The notes beneath the pieces are model-generated. The model saw nothing but the letters and a program-made list of their open reading frames with translations, was not told where the DNA came from and made no database searches. Positions 1 through 8,094 of a DNA stretch of 32,000 nt are shown here, one piece after another. Positions within the stretch are counted from its first letter, which is position 1. Each line of letters starts with the position of its first letter. The position numbers were made by a program, and so were the translations under genes. The stretch is from positions 2,250,001 through 2,282,000 of the forward strand of contig NZ_LN831039.1 of NCBI RefSeq assembly GCF_001457595.1. The letters run 5' to 3'. The stretch comes from Mycolicibacterium smegmatis (GTDB lineage: Bacteria; Actinomycetota; Actinomycetes; Mycobacteriales; Mycobacteriaceae).

Positions 1-149
1 AGGCCCAGATCGCCGTAGACCTCCTTCAGCAGCACGGCGAGGTCGTATTCTTCCCCGGTGGGGCTGGGGGTTTCGATGACACGTTTGGCCAGGTCGACAA
101 TCAGCGATTCGTCGATCAGATCGGCGAATTTCTCGAAATCGAACTCCAC
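1..149 (-). CDS. N-terminal fragment of a probable M20-family peptidase/deacylase (runs off the window)
   Basis: Minus-strand translation from GTG at 149: V/MEFDFEKFADLIDESLIVDLAKRVIETPSPTGEEYDLAVLLKEVYGDLG. The ETPSPTGEE motif is typical of the N-terminus of M20/ArgE/DapE-type hydrolases. SD-like gaggag lies upstream. Confidence 0.55.
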   Translation of the reverse strand, partial: MEFDFEKFADLIDESLIVDLAKRVIETPSPTGEEYDLAVLLKEVYGDLG

Positions 150-200
150 TGCGGCACTCCTCTTACTCGTTGAAACTACGGAGAGACTGAATTTTTGGTG

Positions 201-980
201 TCAGAGATCGGACTGGTAGCGCGTGTAGCGGCCCCACACGTTCTCGAAGAGGTACTTGACCAACCGATCCGACAGGAATCCCATCAGCGAGATCACCGCC
301 AATGCGACGAACATTCGATCCGTTTGTCCCTGCAGCGACGACTGCTGTAGCAGCGCACCGACACCCCGTTGGGCCGCCAACAGCTCGGCGGGAACGATGG
401 TCATGAAGGCCGAGGCCACTCCGAGGCGCACTCCGGCGGCAATGTAGGGCACCGCCGAGGGCAGCACGATCCGGAAGAAGATGACTCCCTCGGAGGCTCC
501 GAAACAGCGGGCGGCCCGAACCCGGGTGCGGGGCGTGCCCGCCACCCCGGCGATGGTGTTCACCGTCACGAAGAACACCACGCCCCAGAACACCAGGAAG
601 TACTTGGAGTTCTCACCGATCCCGAACCACACGATCGAGATCGGGATCATCGCCGTCGGCGACAGGTTACGCATCAGCTGCATGACCGGATCAAGCAGTC
701 GCTCAATGACTTTGACCTGACCGATGAGGATGCCCATCACCACGCCGACGACGCTGCCTGCGATCAGTCCGACGTACACCCGGCGCAGCGAGGCGAGTAC
801 GTCGGGCCAGATGCGGCCGGTGCTGACCAACTCCCATGCCCGTGCGGCCACCTGCTGCGGCGGCGGCACGAGGGCCGGGTTGAACAGCGTCATCGACAGG
901 ATCCACCAGACGGTGACGAAGATGGCCAACGAGGCGAGCGTCCATGCGACCGTTCGCAGTGCTTCACGCATGGGCGGCAC
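201..980 (-). CDS. ABC transporter permease, SsuC/TauC/NrtB type
   Basis: 259 aa multi-TM ORF with a BPD_transp_1-like EAA region (RCFGASEGVIFFRIVLPSAVPYIAAGVRLGVASAFMTIVPAELL). Overlaps the ATPase ORF. Confidence 0.9.
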   Translation of the reverse strand: MPPMREALRTVAWTLASLAIFVTVWWILSMTLFNPALVPPPQQVAARAWELVSTGRIWPDVLASLRRVYVGLIAGSVVGVVMGILIGQVKVIERLLDPVMQLMRNLSPTAMIPISIVWFGIGENSKYFLVFWGVVFFVTVNTIAGVAGTPRTRVRAARCFGASEGVIFFRIVLPSAVPYIAAGVRLGVASAFMTIVPAELLAAQRGVGALLQQSSLQGQTDRMFVALAVISLMGFLSDRLVKYLFENVWGRYTRYQSDL

Positions 981-1824
981 TCCCCAACGACCGGCCGATG
1001 GTGTCGATCAGCGTCGACAGCTCGGGATCGGTGGTGCTTCGTGGCCGGTCCGCCGGAATGTCGAAGCGGTGCTTGATCTTGGCGCGGGGCCCGGTGCTCA
1101 TCACATAGACGGTGTCCGAGAGCAGCACTGCCTCGCCGACATCGTGGGTGACGAACACGACGGTCTTTCCGCTTCCCGCCCAGATCCGCAACAATTCGCG
1201 CTGCATCACCTCTCGGGTGATCGCGTCCAACGCACCGAACGGCTCGTCCATCAGCAGCACCGCCGGATCGACCGACAGCGCCCGGGCCAGTTGCAGCTTC
1301 TGGCGCATACCCCCGGACAGCTGCGGGGGAATGGAGTCGCGGTGCCGGTCGAGCCCGACCATGGTCAGCAGTTCATCCACCCGGGCGGGCCAATCCGAGC
1401 GTGGGACATGCGCCAGGGACAGCGCGAACTCGACGTTGGCCTGCACCGTGCGCCAGGGCAACAGTGCCTGCAACGAGTCCTGAAAGCACATGACGCGTTG
1501 CGGTGAGGGCCCGTTGATCGGTTCGCCCTGGAATTCGACGCCACCCGAATCGGGCAGATCGAAACCGGCTAGCATGTTCAGCAGGGTCGACTTGCCGCAA
1601 CCCGACGGTCCGAGCAGGCTGACAAATTCTCCCTCCCGTATATCGACGGAGCATTCCGACAGCACGTCATTGTGATTGTTCTTGACCGAAAAACGCTTCG
1701 TCACCCGATCGGCCCGCAGGATGAACTGCTCGCCGGATTGTTTCTGCCGCTTGGTGTCGCCGCCCGTATCGCGACCGACGTTCATACCCGGATACCTCCA
1801 CAGTGTGGTAATCGCCTTTGACAC
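964..1824 (-). CDS. ABC transporter ATP-binding protein, SsuB/TauB type
   Basis: Walker A GPSGCGKST, signature LSGGMRQKLQLARAL, Walker B VLLMDEPFGALD, H-loop VFVTHD. Start may be the internal ATG at 1785. Confidence 0.92.
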   Translation of the reverse strand: MSKAITTLWRYPGMNVGRDTGGDTKRQKQSGEQFILRADRVTKRFSVKNNHNDVLSECSVDIREGEFVSLLGPSGCGKSTLLNMLAGFDLPDSGGVEFQGEPINGPSPQRVMCFQDSLQALLPWRTVQANVEFALSLAHVPRSDWPARVDELLTMVGLDRHRDSIPPQLSGGMRQKLQLARALSVDPAVLLMDEPFGALDAITREVMQRELLRIWAGSGKTVVFVTHDVGEAVLLSDTVYVMSTGPRAKIKHRFDIPADRPRSTTDPELSTLIDTIGRSLGSAAHA

Positions 1825-1836
1825 AGCACAACCGGT

Positions 1837-2904
1837 TTATTGAACCCGCGGCAGAACCTTTTCGCCGATCAGCTTGATCTGGGCTTCCCGATCGTCACCC
1901 CACAGCTCCAGCTGGACGTGCCGGCAACCGCTGTCGCGATGCTCGATGATCAGATCGGCGACCTCTTCGGGCGTGCCCGCAATGACCTTGGTCTTGTCCA
2001 TGATCTCGTCGGTGACGACATCGGGGATGACCTTGTTGCCGCCCCGTTCGATCGCCTCCACGACGGGCATCAACTCGGCCGGGCTCAAGCCCGCCTTCTC
2101 GAACAGCACGTCGCCAGAACCACGGATATTGCGGGCCTTGTTGATCAGATACCGCCCCAACAATTCTCGCGCCCCTCGGCGTCCGGACTCACGGTCAGGA
2201 CCGCAGCTGGCGATCAAGGTGGCACCCAGATCCAGCTCCTCCACCTTGCGGTTGGCCTTCTCCGCACCCCGGCGCATGTGCTCGATCGCGTACGGGTAGA
2301 ACGCGGGTGAGGTCAGGCTCGGTGTGATCAACCCGTCGGCCAGCTCGCCGGCGGTCTGCATCATTCGCGGGCCGCCACCGCCGACATATAGCGGAATCTT
2401 CCAGTCGGGAACCTCTGCATTCGGGTCGAGTTCTGGTGCAGTAGCGATATATTCGCGCCCGACGAAATCGACCTTCTTCCCGTCGAGAGTAGCTCGCACG
2501 ATACGCAGCGTCTCCTCGACATTGGTGCGCGGCCTGCTCTTCGTGTCGTCACCCTGTCCGATGGCGTTCATAAGGATCTTTGATGCGCCTATGCCGCAGT
2601 AGAATCGGTCCGGGCCAGCCATCTCCTGAACCACCCGGACGTCCATCGCGGTGACCAAGGGATGGCGGGCGTAGCTGCCGATGATCCCCCATCCGATCTT
2701 GAGGTTGGTCGTGGCCTGGGCCAGCAGTGGCGCCAACGCCGTTGCTGAGCGGACCTCTACGCCATGCGTCCGCCACCACGGGTAGGCCTCGGCCAGCCAC
2801 AGGCTGTCAAATCCGTAGTGATCCAGCGCTTTTGCAGTCTCCAGCATCTTCGACACCGGCTCCATCGTGAGCTGCATGACGCCGACTTGGAATGGAACAG
2901 TCAT
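1837..2904 (-). CDS. LLM-class (luciferase-like, possibly F420-dependent) oxidoreductase
   Basis: 355 aa: GFDSLWLAEAYPWWRTHGVEVRSATALAPLLAQATTNLKIGWGIIGSYARHPLVTAMDV... with strong SD (aggagg) before ATG at 2904. Confidence 0.85.
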   Translation of the reverse strand: MTVPFQVGVMQLTMEPVSKMLETAKALDHYGFDSLWLAEAYPWWRTHGVEVRSATALAPLLAQATTNLKIGWGIIGSYARHPLVTAMDVRVVQEMAGPDRFYCGIGASKILMNAIGQGDDTKSRPRTNVEETLRIVRATLDGKKVDFVGREYIATAPELDPNAEVPDWKIPLYVGGGGPRMMQTAGELADGLITPSLTSPAFYPYAIEHMRRGAEKANRKVEELDLGATLIASCGPDRESGRRGARELLGRYLINKARNIRGSGDVLFEKAGLSPAELMPVVEAIERGGNKVIPDVVTDEIMDKTKVIAGTPEEVADLIIEHRDSGCRHVQLELWGDDREAQIKLIGEKVLPRVQ

Positions 2905-2993
2905 TCATCCTCCTGGTCAATCCCATCGTGGATGGGCACACGGGGAAACACGCCTGCCGACAACAGCCAGGAGACCGAGATGACTTGTGCTGC

Positions 2994-3013
2994 AACATGA
3001 CCGATGTCATGTT
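2994..3013. promoter_or_regulatory. Candidate operator: perfect inverted repeat AACATGAC-CGAT-GTCATGTT
   Basis: Read directly: 8-bp perfect arms with a 4-nt spacer, about 90 bp upstream of the LLM/ABC operon start and downstream of the MocR gene. Confidence 0.55.
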
Positions 3014-3115
3014 ACGGCTGGTCGAGAAGTCGGGAACTCGGTCCAGTGTGGCCGTCCTCACATGACCGTATCGTTCCGGAATACATGCAACAATAGCGAT
3101 TTGTTCTGTTACAAA

Positions 3116-4465
3116 TCACCGCACGGTGGAGTGCCAGCCCCCGGCATGCGCGGCGCGCACCACGCGCTCGGCGACATCCTCGACGTCACCGGTGACCAGT
3201 CCCACCGTGATTCGCACATGCGGTTTTTCACCGGGACCCACAGTGAACAGGTGTCCGGGGGCTGCGCCCACACCTTCGACCGCCATGCGCATCAATGCCG
3301 CCGACTCGTCCTGAACCGGAACCCAGGCGTTGAGCCCATCGTGCCCGACTGTGCGGATCTCGTGCTCGGCCAGGACCGAGGCGAACGAAGTCTGCCGGCG
3401 TGCGTACTCGGCCCGCGCGTGTTCCACCTGGGCGGTGACCCGGGGATCAAGCAGCAGCTCTCGCAGCACCCGCTGCAACAACCAACTGGTCCAGCCCTGT
3501 CCGAGGTTTCGCAGATGCCCGATTCCGGCGATGACGTCCTCGGGACCGCCCATGGCGGCCAACCGCAGATCCGGTCCATGCGACTTCGAGTAACTGCGGA
3601 CATGCACGGTCTGTCCGGGGAGTAGCTTGCCCAGAGTCACCTCGCGGGCGGCCGAGATGGCGCTGCCGCACTCGTCTTCGACCACCAACGTTTCGGTGTT
3701 CTTGACGATGTTGGCCAGAAGCCGGGCCCGCGGTGTCGTCATGGCGATCCCGGTCGGGTTGTGCGCCCGCGGTTGCAGAAACACCATCTGTGTCGGCGTT
3801 CGCATCGCCGCGGCGAACGCTTCGGGAACCATCCCTTCCTCGTCCATCGGCACACCGACCGGTTCTATACCCGCCCAGACCAGCAGATCGAGCAGTCCGC
3901 GGACGGTCGGCGTCTCCACAATCACCCGGTCTCCCATCCGCAGTCGGCTGCGGATCAGCAGATCGAGGGCATCGAGCGCCCCGTCGACAACGGTGATCGC
4001 CGGCGGCTCGTACGGCCAGGTGGCCGTCAATACCTCCATCAAACTGGGGTCCACGGCGCCCTCGGTGTATCCGGACCGGCTCGCCCCGGTCAGAGCCCGT
4101 TGCACCGCCTGGGTGGTATCGGGCAACAGGCGCGGATCAGGTGCGCCCGTCGACAGGTCGAACTCGTAGGGGCGGTCGGCGTTGGCGGGATTCCGGTAGC
4201 GGACCTGACGTTGCGTGTGCAGATCCATGATGATCGTGCCCCGCCGCCCGGCGGTTTGAATGGTGCCGGCCCGGACCAGCAATGCCCAGGCCGCGCTCAC
4301 CGTCGTCGGCGAGAGAGCGAGTTGATGGGCCAACTCCCGGACCGGCGGTAGGCGATCCCCGGGACGTAGGACGCCCTCACGGATCGCTCTGGTGACTGCT
4401 TGAGACAGTCCTTTCGCGGACGAATCACTCAGTCGATTCTCGATCTCCGAGATGACGTCCAGCAT
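3116..4465 (-). CDS. MocR/PdxR-like regulator (GntR wHTH fused to class-I aminotransferase fold)
   Basis: N-terminal wHTH (LSQAVTRAIREGVLRPGDRLPPVRELAHQLALSPTTVSAAWALLVRAGTIQTAGRRGTII), then an aminotransferase-like domain (FLQPRAHNPTGIAMT, VVEDECGSAI, VRSYSKSHGPDLRLA). Confidence 0.88.
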   Translation of the reverse strand: MLDVISEIENRLSDSSAKGLSQAVTRAIREGVLRPGDRLPPVRELAHQLALSPTTVSAAWALLVRAGTIQTAGRRGTIIMDLHTQRQVRYRNPANADRPYEFDLSTGAPDPRLLPDTTQAVQRALTGASRSGYTEGAVDPSLMEVLTATWPYEPPAITVVDGALDALDLLIRSRLRMGDRVIVETPTVRGLLDLLVWAGIEPVGVPMDEEGMVPEAFAAAMRTPTQMVFLQPRAHNPTGIAMTTPRARLLANIVKNTETLVVEDECGSAISAAREVTLGKLLPGQTVHVRSYSKSHGPDLRLAAMGGPEDVIAGIGHLRNLGQGWTSWLLQRVLRELLLDPRVTAQVEHARAEYARRQTSFASVLAEHEIRTVGHDGLNAWVPVQDESAALMRMAVEGVGAAPGHLFTVGPGEKPHVRITVGLVTGDVEDVAERVVRAAHAGGWHSTVR

Positions 4466-4471
4466 GTTTGT

Positions 4472-4477
4472 ACTGTA
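4472..4477 (-). promoter_or_regulatory. Putative -10 element for a leaderless transcript of the MocR gene
   Basis: Minus strand reads TACAGT-acaaac-ATG. The TANNNT hexamer ends 6 nt before the start codon, the spacing known for mycobacterial leaderless promoters; no clear SD. Confidence 0.4.
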
Positions 4478-4752
4478 ATGATTCTTTTTTGTTCTGGGAT
4501 GAAAACCGCGATGGTCCGATGCCGCCGCCGCGTAACAACCCAGCGCTACGCCGACCAGTGCTCGTTGCCTTTCCCGCCTGATGTGAGTTCATGGCAGACC
4601 GGTTACCGGCGATCACCGTGGCGCTTCCACCGAAAGCGATGTTGCGCGGCGTCAAACACAGCCCTCTGCGCCATGACCGACACAAACCTGCGCCAGCAAT
4701 TTTCATAGCCCCAGCTCGCAACGATTGGAACTCGAAAACCCTACGGGGTGCC

Positions 4753-5718
4753 CTAACTCGACGCGTCACGTTCCCGACGGGCCTTGGCACGCCGCTTGCC
4801 TTCGTGCATTGCGGCCACCCGCGCGACGGGAATCGTGTGGCCCTGCTCGATGAGGTCGGCCGGTAGGCGTTGTGGGGCAGGCATTGCGTCGGTCCACGAC
4901 GTGCGGCCGGCGAGCGCGTCGATCGCGGTGTGCACGGTGAAATCGCCTGGCGTGACGCGGTCCAACTCCGACCAGTCCACGGGGAACGACACCGGCAGGC
5001 CGGGCCGTAGTCGCGGACTGTAGGCCGCGGCTACGGTGGCCCCGCCGGAGCGGGTGGCGTCCACGAACACCTTGCCCTCGCGGTCCTCCACGATGAACGC
5101 CGTCGTCGCGATCGCGGGATCCAACGCCTCGGCACGCGCTGCGAGTGCGCGCGTCGCCGCGGCGACATCGTCGACGGGCGGGTGGGTGTCGATGGGGACG
5201 AAGATGTGTACACCGCGCGATCCGCTGGTCTTGACGGCCCCGGAAAGTCCGCAGTTCGACAGCGCGGTTCGCACGAGATGTGCCACGGCCACCACGGCGG
5301 AGAAATCACCGCCGTCGGGCGGATCGAGATCGAGTACCAGATGGGTGGGCTGGTAGATGTTGTCGGCCGGTCCCAGTGCCGGGTGGTATTCGACCGCACG
5401 CTGATTGGCCAGCCACAACAGCGTGCGCCGGTCATCGCAGACGATGTAACGGATCTCGCGCTTCGACGACTCGGCCCACATGGGTACGGTACGTACCCAG
5501 TTGGGTGCGTACTTGGGAATGTTCTTCTGTACGAACGGTTTCTGGCCCCGCAACGTCCTGATCACCGTCAGTGGACGATTGGCGAGCGCCGGCAGGATGT
5601 GGTCGGCGACGGCATCGAGATAGTCCACGAGATCGCGTTTGGTGGCGCCGATGCCGGGCGCCAGGGGGTCGTCGAGGTGCGTGAGGTCGACACCGGCGCG
5701 CTGCTCTGGGCCACTCAT
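4753..5718 (-). CDS. Stand-alone LigD-type polymerase/primase domain protein (PolDom / Prim-Pol)
   Basis: 321 aa with LigD-POL features: ATKRDLVDYL...VIRTLRG, QKNIPKYAPNWVRTV, metal-binding THLVLDLDPPDG, KTSGSRGVHIFVPI. No ligase or nuclease domain is present. Confidence 0.85.
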   Translation of the reverse strand: MSGPEQRAGVDLTHLDDPLAPGIGATKRDLVDYLDAVADHILPALANRPLTVIRTLRGQKPFVQKNIPKYAPNWVRTVPMWAESSKREIRYIVCDDRRTLLWLANQRAVEYHPALGPADNIYQPTHLVLDLDPPDGGDFSAVVAVAHLVRTALSNCGLSGAVKTSGSRGVHIFVPIDTHPPVDDVAAATRALAARAEALDPAIATTAFIVEDREGKVFVDATRSGGATVAAAYSPRLRPGLPVSFPVDWSELDRVTPGDFTVHTAIDALAGRTSWTDAMPAPQRLPADLIEQGHTIPVARVAAMHEGKRRAKARRERDASS

Positions 5719-5899
5719 TGCGCCACCTTAACGGCGCGCTCGGGGTGTATAGCAGGTGCCGGCATGATCAGTCGGTTGCGACACGGTCACGGATGGATCG
5801 CTTTTGATGGCTCAATGATCACAAATGCCTCAGTGATCACTATCGTCACAAGCGCCCACTCTAGACGTCGGTGCGACGTCCCGCTCCGGAAGGTGTGAC

Positions 5900-7360
5900 A
5901 TGTCGCGACGTCCCCACGCTCCGACGCTGACCCCCATGGTCGCCATGGCGGCCTTCGCCGCGGTCGGCCTCACTGCGGCGATCACCGTGGCGCCGCCTGC
6001 TGCTGCCGAACCATGCACGGGCGCGGCCGCGGCGATCCAACCGCCGGCCAACCAGGGCCCCGCGCCCGCGCTGCCCGGGCTCACCGGCGGTCCGCCGCGC
6101 GGCCACCGGCCCTCTGGTGCGAACGACGACGCGCCGTTGCCGAGGCTCGGGCAACTTTCTCGCGACCTGCTCAAGGCCGTGACGCCGCGCTCGGGGCAGG
6201 TGCGACAGCAGGCGGGCGTCCTGCCACAGCCACAACCGCAGCCACAACCGCAGCCGCAACCGGCGCCCCAGCCGCAGGTGCAGGCGCAGCCCGCGCCCGC
6301 GCCCGCGCCGCCACCGTCGCCGCCGGGCACTACGCTCGTCGGGTGGGTGACCGGACCGGAGAGCCCCAACGACACCGCGCGCAAGTTCGCGATCACCGGC
6401 ACCGACCTCGGGATCATGTGGGACAACGGCAATCCCGGTGCGCGTCAGGTGCTCATGGCCTTCGGCGACACCTACGGCTACTGCAGCGTCCGCGGTCAGC
6501 AGTGGCGGTACAACGTGTTGTTCCGCAGCCAGGACGGGGCACTGTCGAACACCATCGCCGTGCCGAACGGCGTTGCCCGCAACAACTTCTCGGGGTCACC
6601 GGTGTTGGCGCCCGGGATCTCCAAGCAGATCATCAACAGCACCAAGTGGGCGGCGACCGAGAAAGGCATCATCCCGACCGCGGGTGTGTCGGTGGGCACG
6701 ACGCAGTACCTGAACTTCATGTCCATCCGGAACTGGGACAGCGACGGCCGGTGGTCCACCAACTACTCGGCGATCGCGGTCTCGCCGGACAACGGCGAGA
6801 ACTGGGGTGTGTATCCCGGCACCGTGCGTACGCCGGGCGACGGTCTGGTGTCGGGTGCCCGCTACGTGCGTGGCAACGAGAACTTCCAGCAGGCCGCGTT
6901 CCTCAAACCCGGCCCGGGTGACCAGTATCTGTACATGTTCGGCACGCCGTCCGGGCGTGGGGGCGCGGCGTTCATCGCGCGGGTCGCGCCGGGGGCCGTG
7001 CCCGATCTCAACCGGTACGAGTACTGGAACTCGAACTCCAACTCGTGGGTGCCGCGCGATCCGGGGGCGGCGACGCCGGTGATCCCCGGTCCGGTGGGTG
7101 AGCTCTCGGCGCAGTACAACACGTATCTCAAGCAGTACGTCGTGTTGTACTGCAACGGCGCCAACGATGTGGTGATGCGCACGGCGCCTGCGCCACAGGG
7201 CCCGTGGAGTCCCGAACAGTTGCTGGTGCCCTCGATGCAGTACCCGGGCGGCATCTACGCGCCGTTCCTGCACCCGTGGTCGACGGGTAAGGAACTGTAC
7301 TTCAATCTGTCATTGTGGTCGGCCTACAACGTCATGTTGATGAGGACGGTTCTGCCCTAG
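5900..7360 (+). CDS. Secreted DUF4185 domain protein with a PQ/PA-rich linker
   Basis: Signal peptide (MVAMAAFAAVGLTAAITVAPPAAAEP), proline-glutamine linker PQPQPQPQPQPQPQPAPQPQ, then GWVTGPESPNDTARKFAITGTDLGIMWDNG...FGDTYGYC typical of DUF4185. Confidence 0.82.
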   Translation: MSRRPHAPTLTPMVAMAAFAAVGLTAAITVAPPAAAEPCTGAAAAIQPPANQGPAPALPGLTGGPPRGHRPSGANDDAPLPRLGQLSRDLLKAVTPRSGQVRQQAGVLPQPQPQPQPQPQPAPQPQVQAQPAPAPAPPPSPPGTTLVGWVTGPESPNDTARKFAITGTDLGIMWDNGNPGARQVLMAFGDTYGYCSVRGQQWRYNVLFRSQDGALSNTIAVPNGVARNNFSGSPVLAPGISKQIINSTKWAATEKGIIPTAGVSVGTTQYLNFMSIRNWDSDGRWSTNYSAIAVSPDNGENWGVYPGTVRTPGDGLVSGARYVRGNENFQQAAFLKPGPGDQYLYMFGTPSGRGGAAFIARVAPGAVPDLNRYEYWNSNSNSWVPRDPGAATPVIPGPVGELSAQYNTYLKQYVVLYCNGANDVVMRTAPAPQGPWSPEQLLVPSMQYPGGIYAPFLHPWSTGKELYFNLSLWSAYNVMLMRTVLP

Positions 7361-8010
7361 CGCGGCTGCGCCAGCAGTGCGCCGCCCAGCCAGCGTCGCA
7401 GGAAGCGCCGCAACTCTTCTGGTGACCGCGTCTGCTGGTTGGGGGCGACGAAGAACGACAGCATGATGCGCAGGGTGAACTCGACGAGTTCGCGCTGGGC
7501 GGTCTCGTCGTAACCGTATGCCGCCCAGTCGACGTCGAAGCGCTTGAGCATCCGCATGCCGAAATCCTGTGCCTCGTCCGACGCCAGGCTGCCCGAGTGC
7601 GCGTGCAGGTACGGCTCCGACAGCAGGATCCCCAGATGCGGTGTGCGCGTGACCTCTTCGAGCGTGAACAGCACTCCGTCGGTCATCGCGTCGGCCGGAT
7701 CGGTGATGCCCCGCACGTGCGCGGCGAGACGGTCGAGGAAACTGTCGACGGAGGCGATCGCCGCGGCTTTCATGAGCGCGTCGGCGGTGGGGAAGTAGCG
7801 GTAAACGGTTTGGCGGATGACGCCGAGTGAGGCCGCGACGTCGGCGATGCTCACGTCGGACCCGGTCTCGGAGATGAGTTCGACCGCGGCCTCGACGATG
7901 CGTGCCGAGGCCTCTTCGTCGTCGGCGGGCGGGCGTCCGTCCCATCCACGTCTACGCGCCACTGCTGTCACCTGCTGCCGACGACATGCCAGCAGGATAT
8001 CGCCAGGCAC
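7357..8010 (-). CDS. TetR-family transcriptional regulator
   Basis: N-terminal HTH: ARIVEAAVELISETGSDVSIADVAASLGVIRQTVYRYFPTADALMKAA. Exact start (GTG 8010 or internal GTG) is uncertain. Confidence 0.88.
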   Translation of the reverse strand: MPGDILLACRRQQVTAVARRRGWDGRPPADDEEASARIVEAAVELISETGSDVSIADVAASLGVIRQTVYRYFPTADALMKAAAIASVDSFLDRLAAHVRGITDPADAMTDGVLFTLEEVTRTPHLGILLSEPYLHAHSGSLASDEAQDFGMRMLKRFDVDWAAYGYDETAQRELVEFTLRIMLSFFVAPNQQTRSPEELRRFLRRWLGGALLAQPR

Positions 8011-8038
8011 TCGGCATTGACCTTTGTCGGGCTACAAG

Positions 8039-8072
8039 TAATCATACAGAGCAACTCAGATTTGTATGATTA
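8039..8072. promoter_or_regulatory. Candidate TetR operator: TAATCATACA-N14-TGTATGATTA
   Basis: Read directly: 10-bp perfect inverted arms in the intergenic region between the divergent TetR gene and the hydrolase gene. Confidence 0.7.
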
Positions 8073-8094
8073 TTGAATCAGCGAGGTGTCATCG

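Noticed and set aside
4478-4752. Possible small gene, tRNA or sRNA in the gap between the PolDom and MocR genes (ORF 4591..4866, 4400..4708)
   Set aside because: No tRNA cloverleaf or CCA-proximal pattern found by eye; ORFs run into flanking genes and have no motif. RNA-seq would decide.
6013-6921. 302 aa alternate-frame ORF inside the DUF4185 gene, and the 225 aa antisense ORF 6596..7273
   Set aside because: Low-complexity, Arg-rich, no homologous motif; the DUF4185 frame explains the coding signal.
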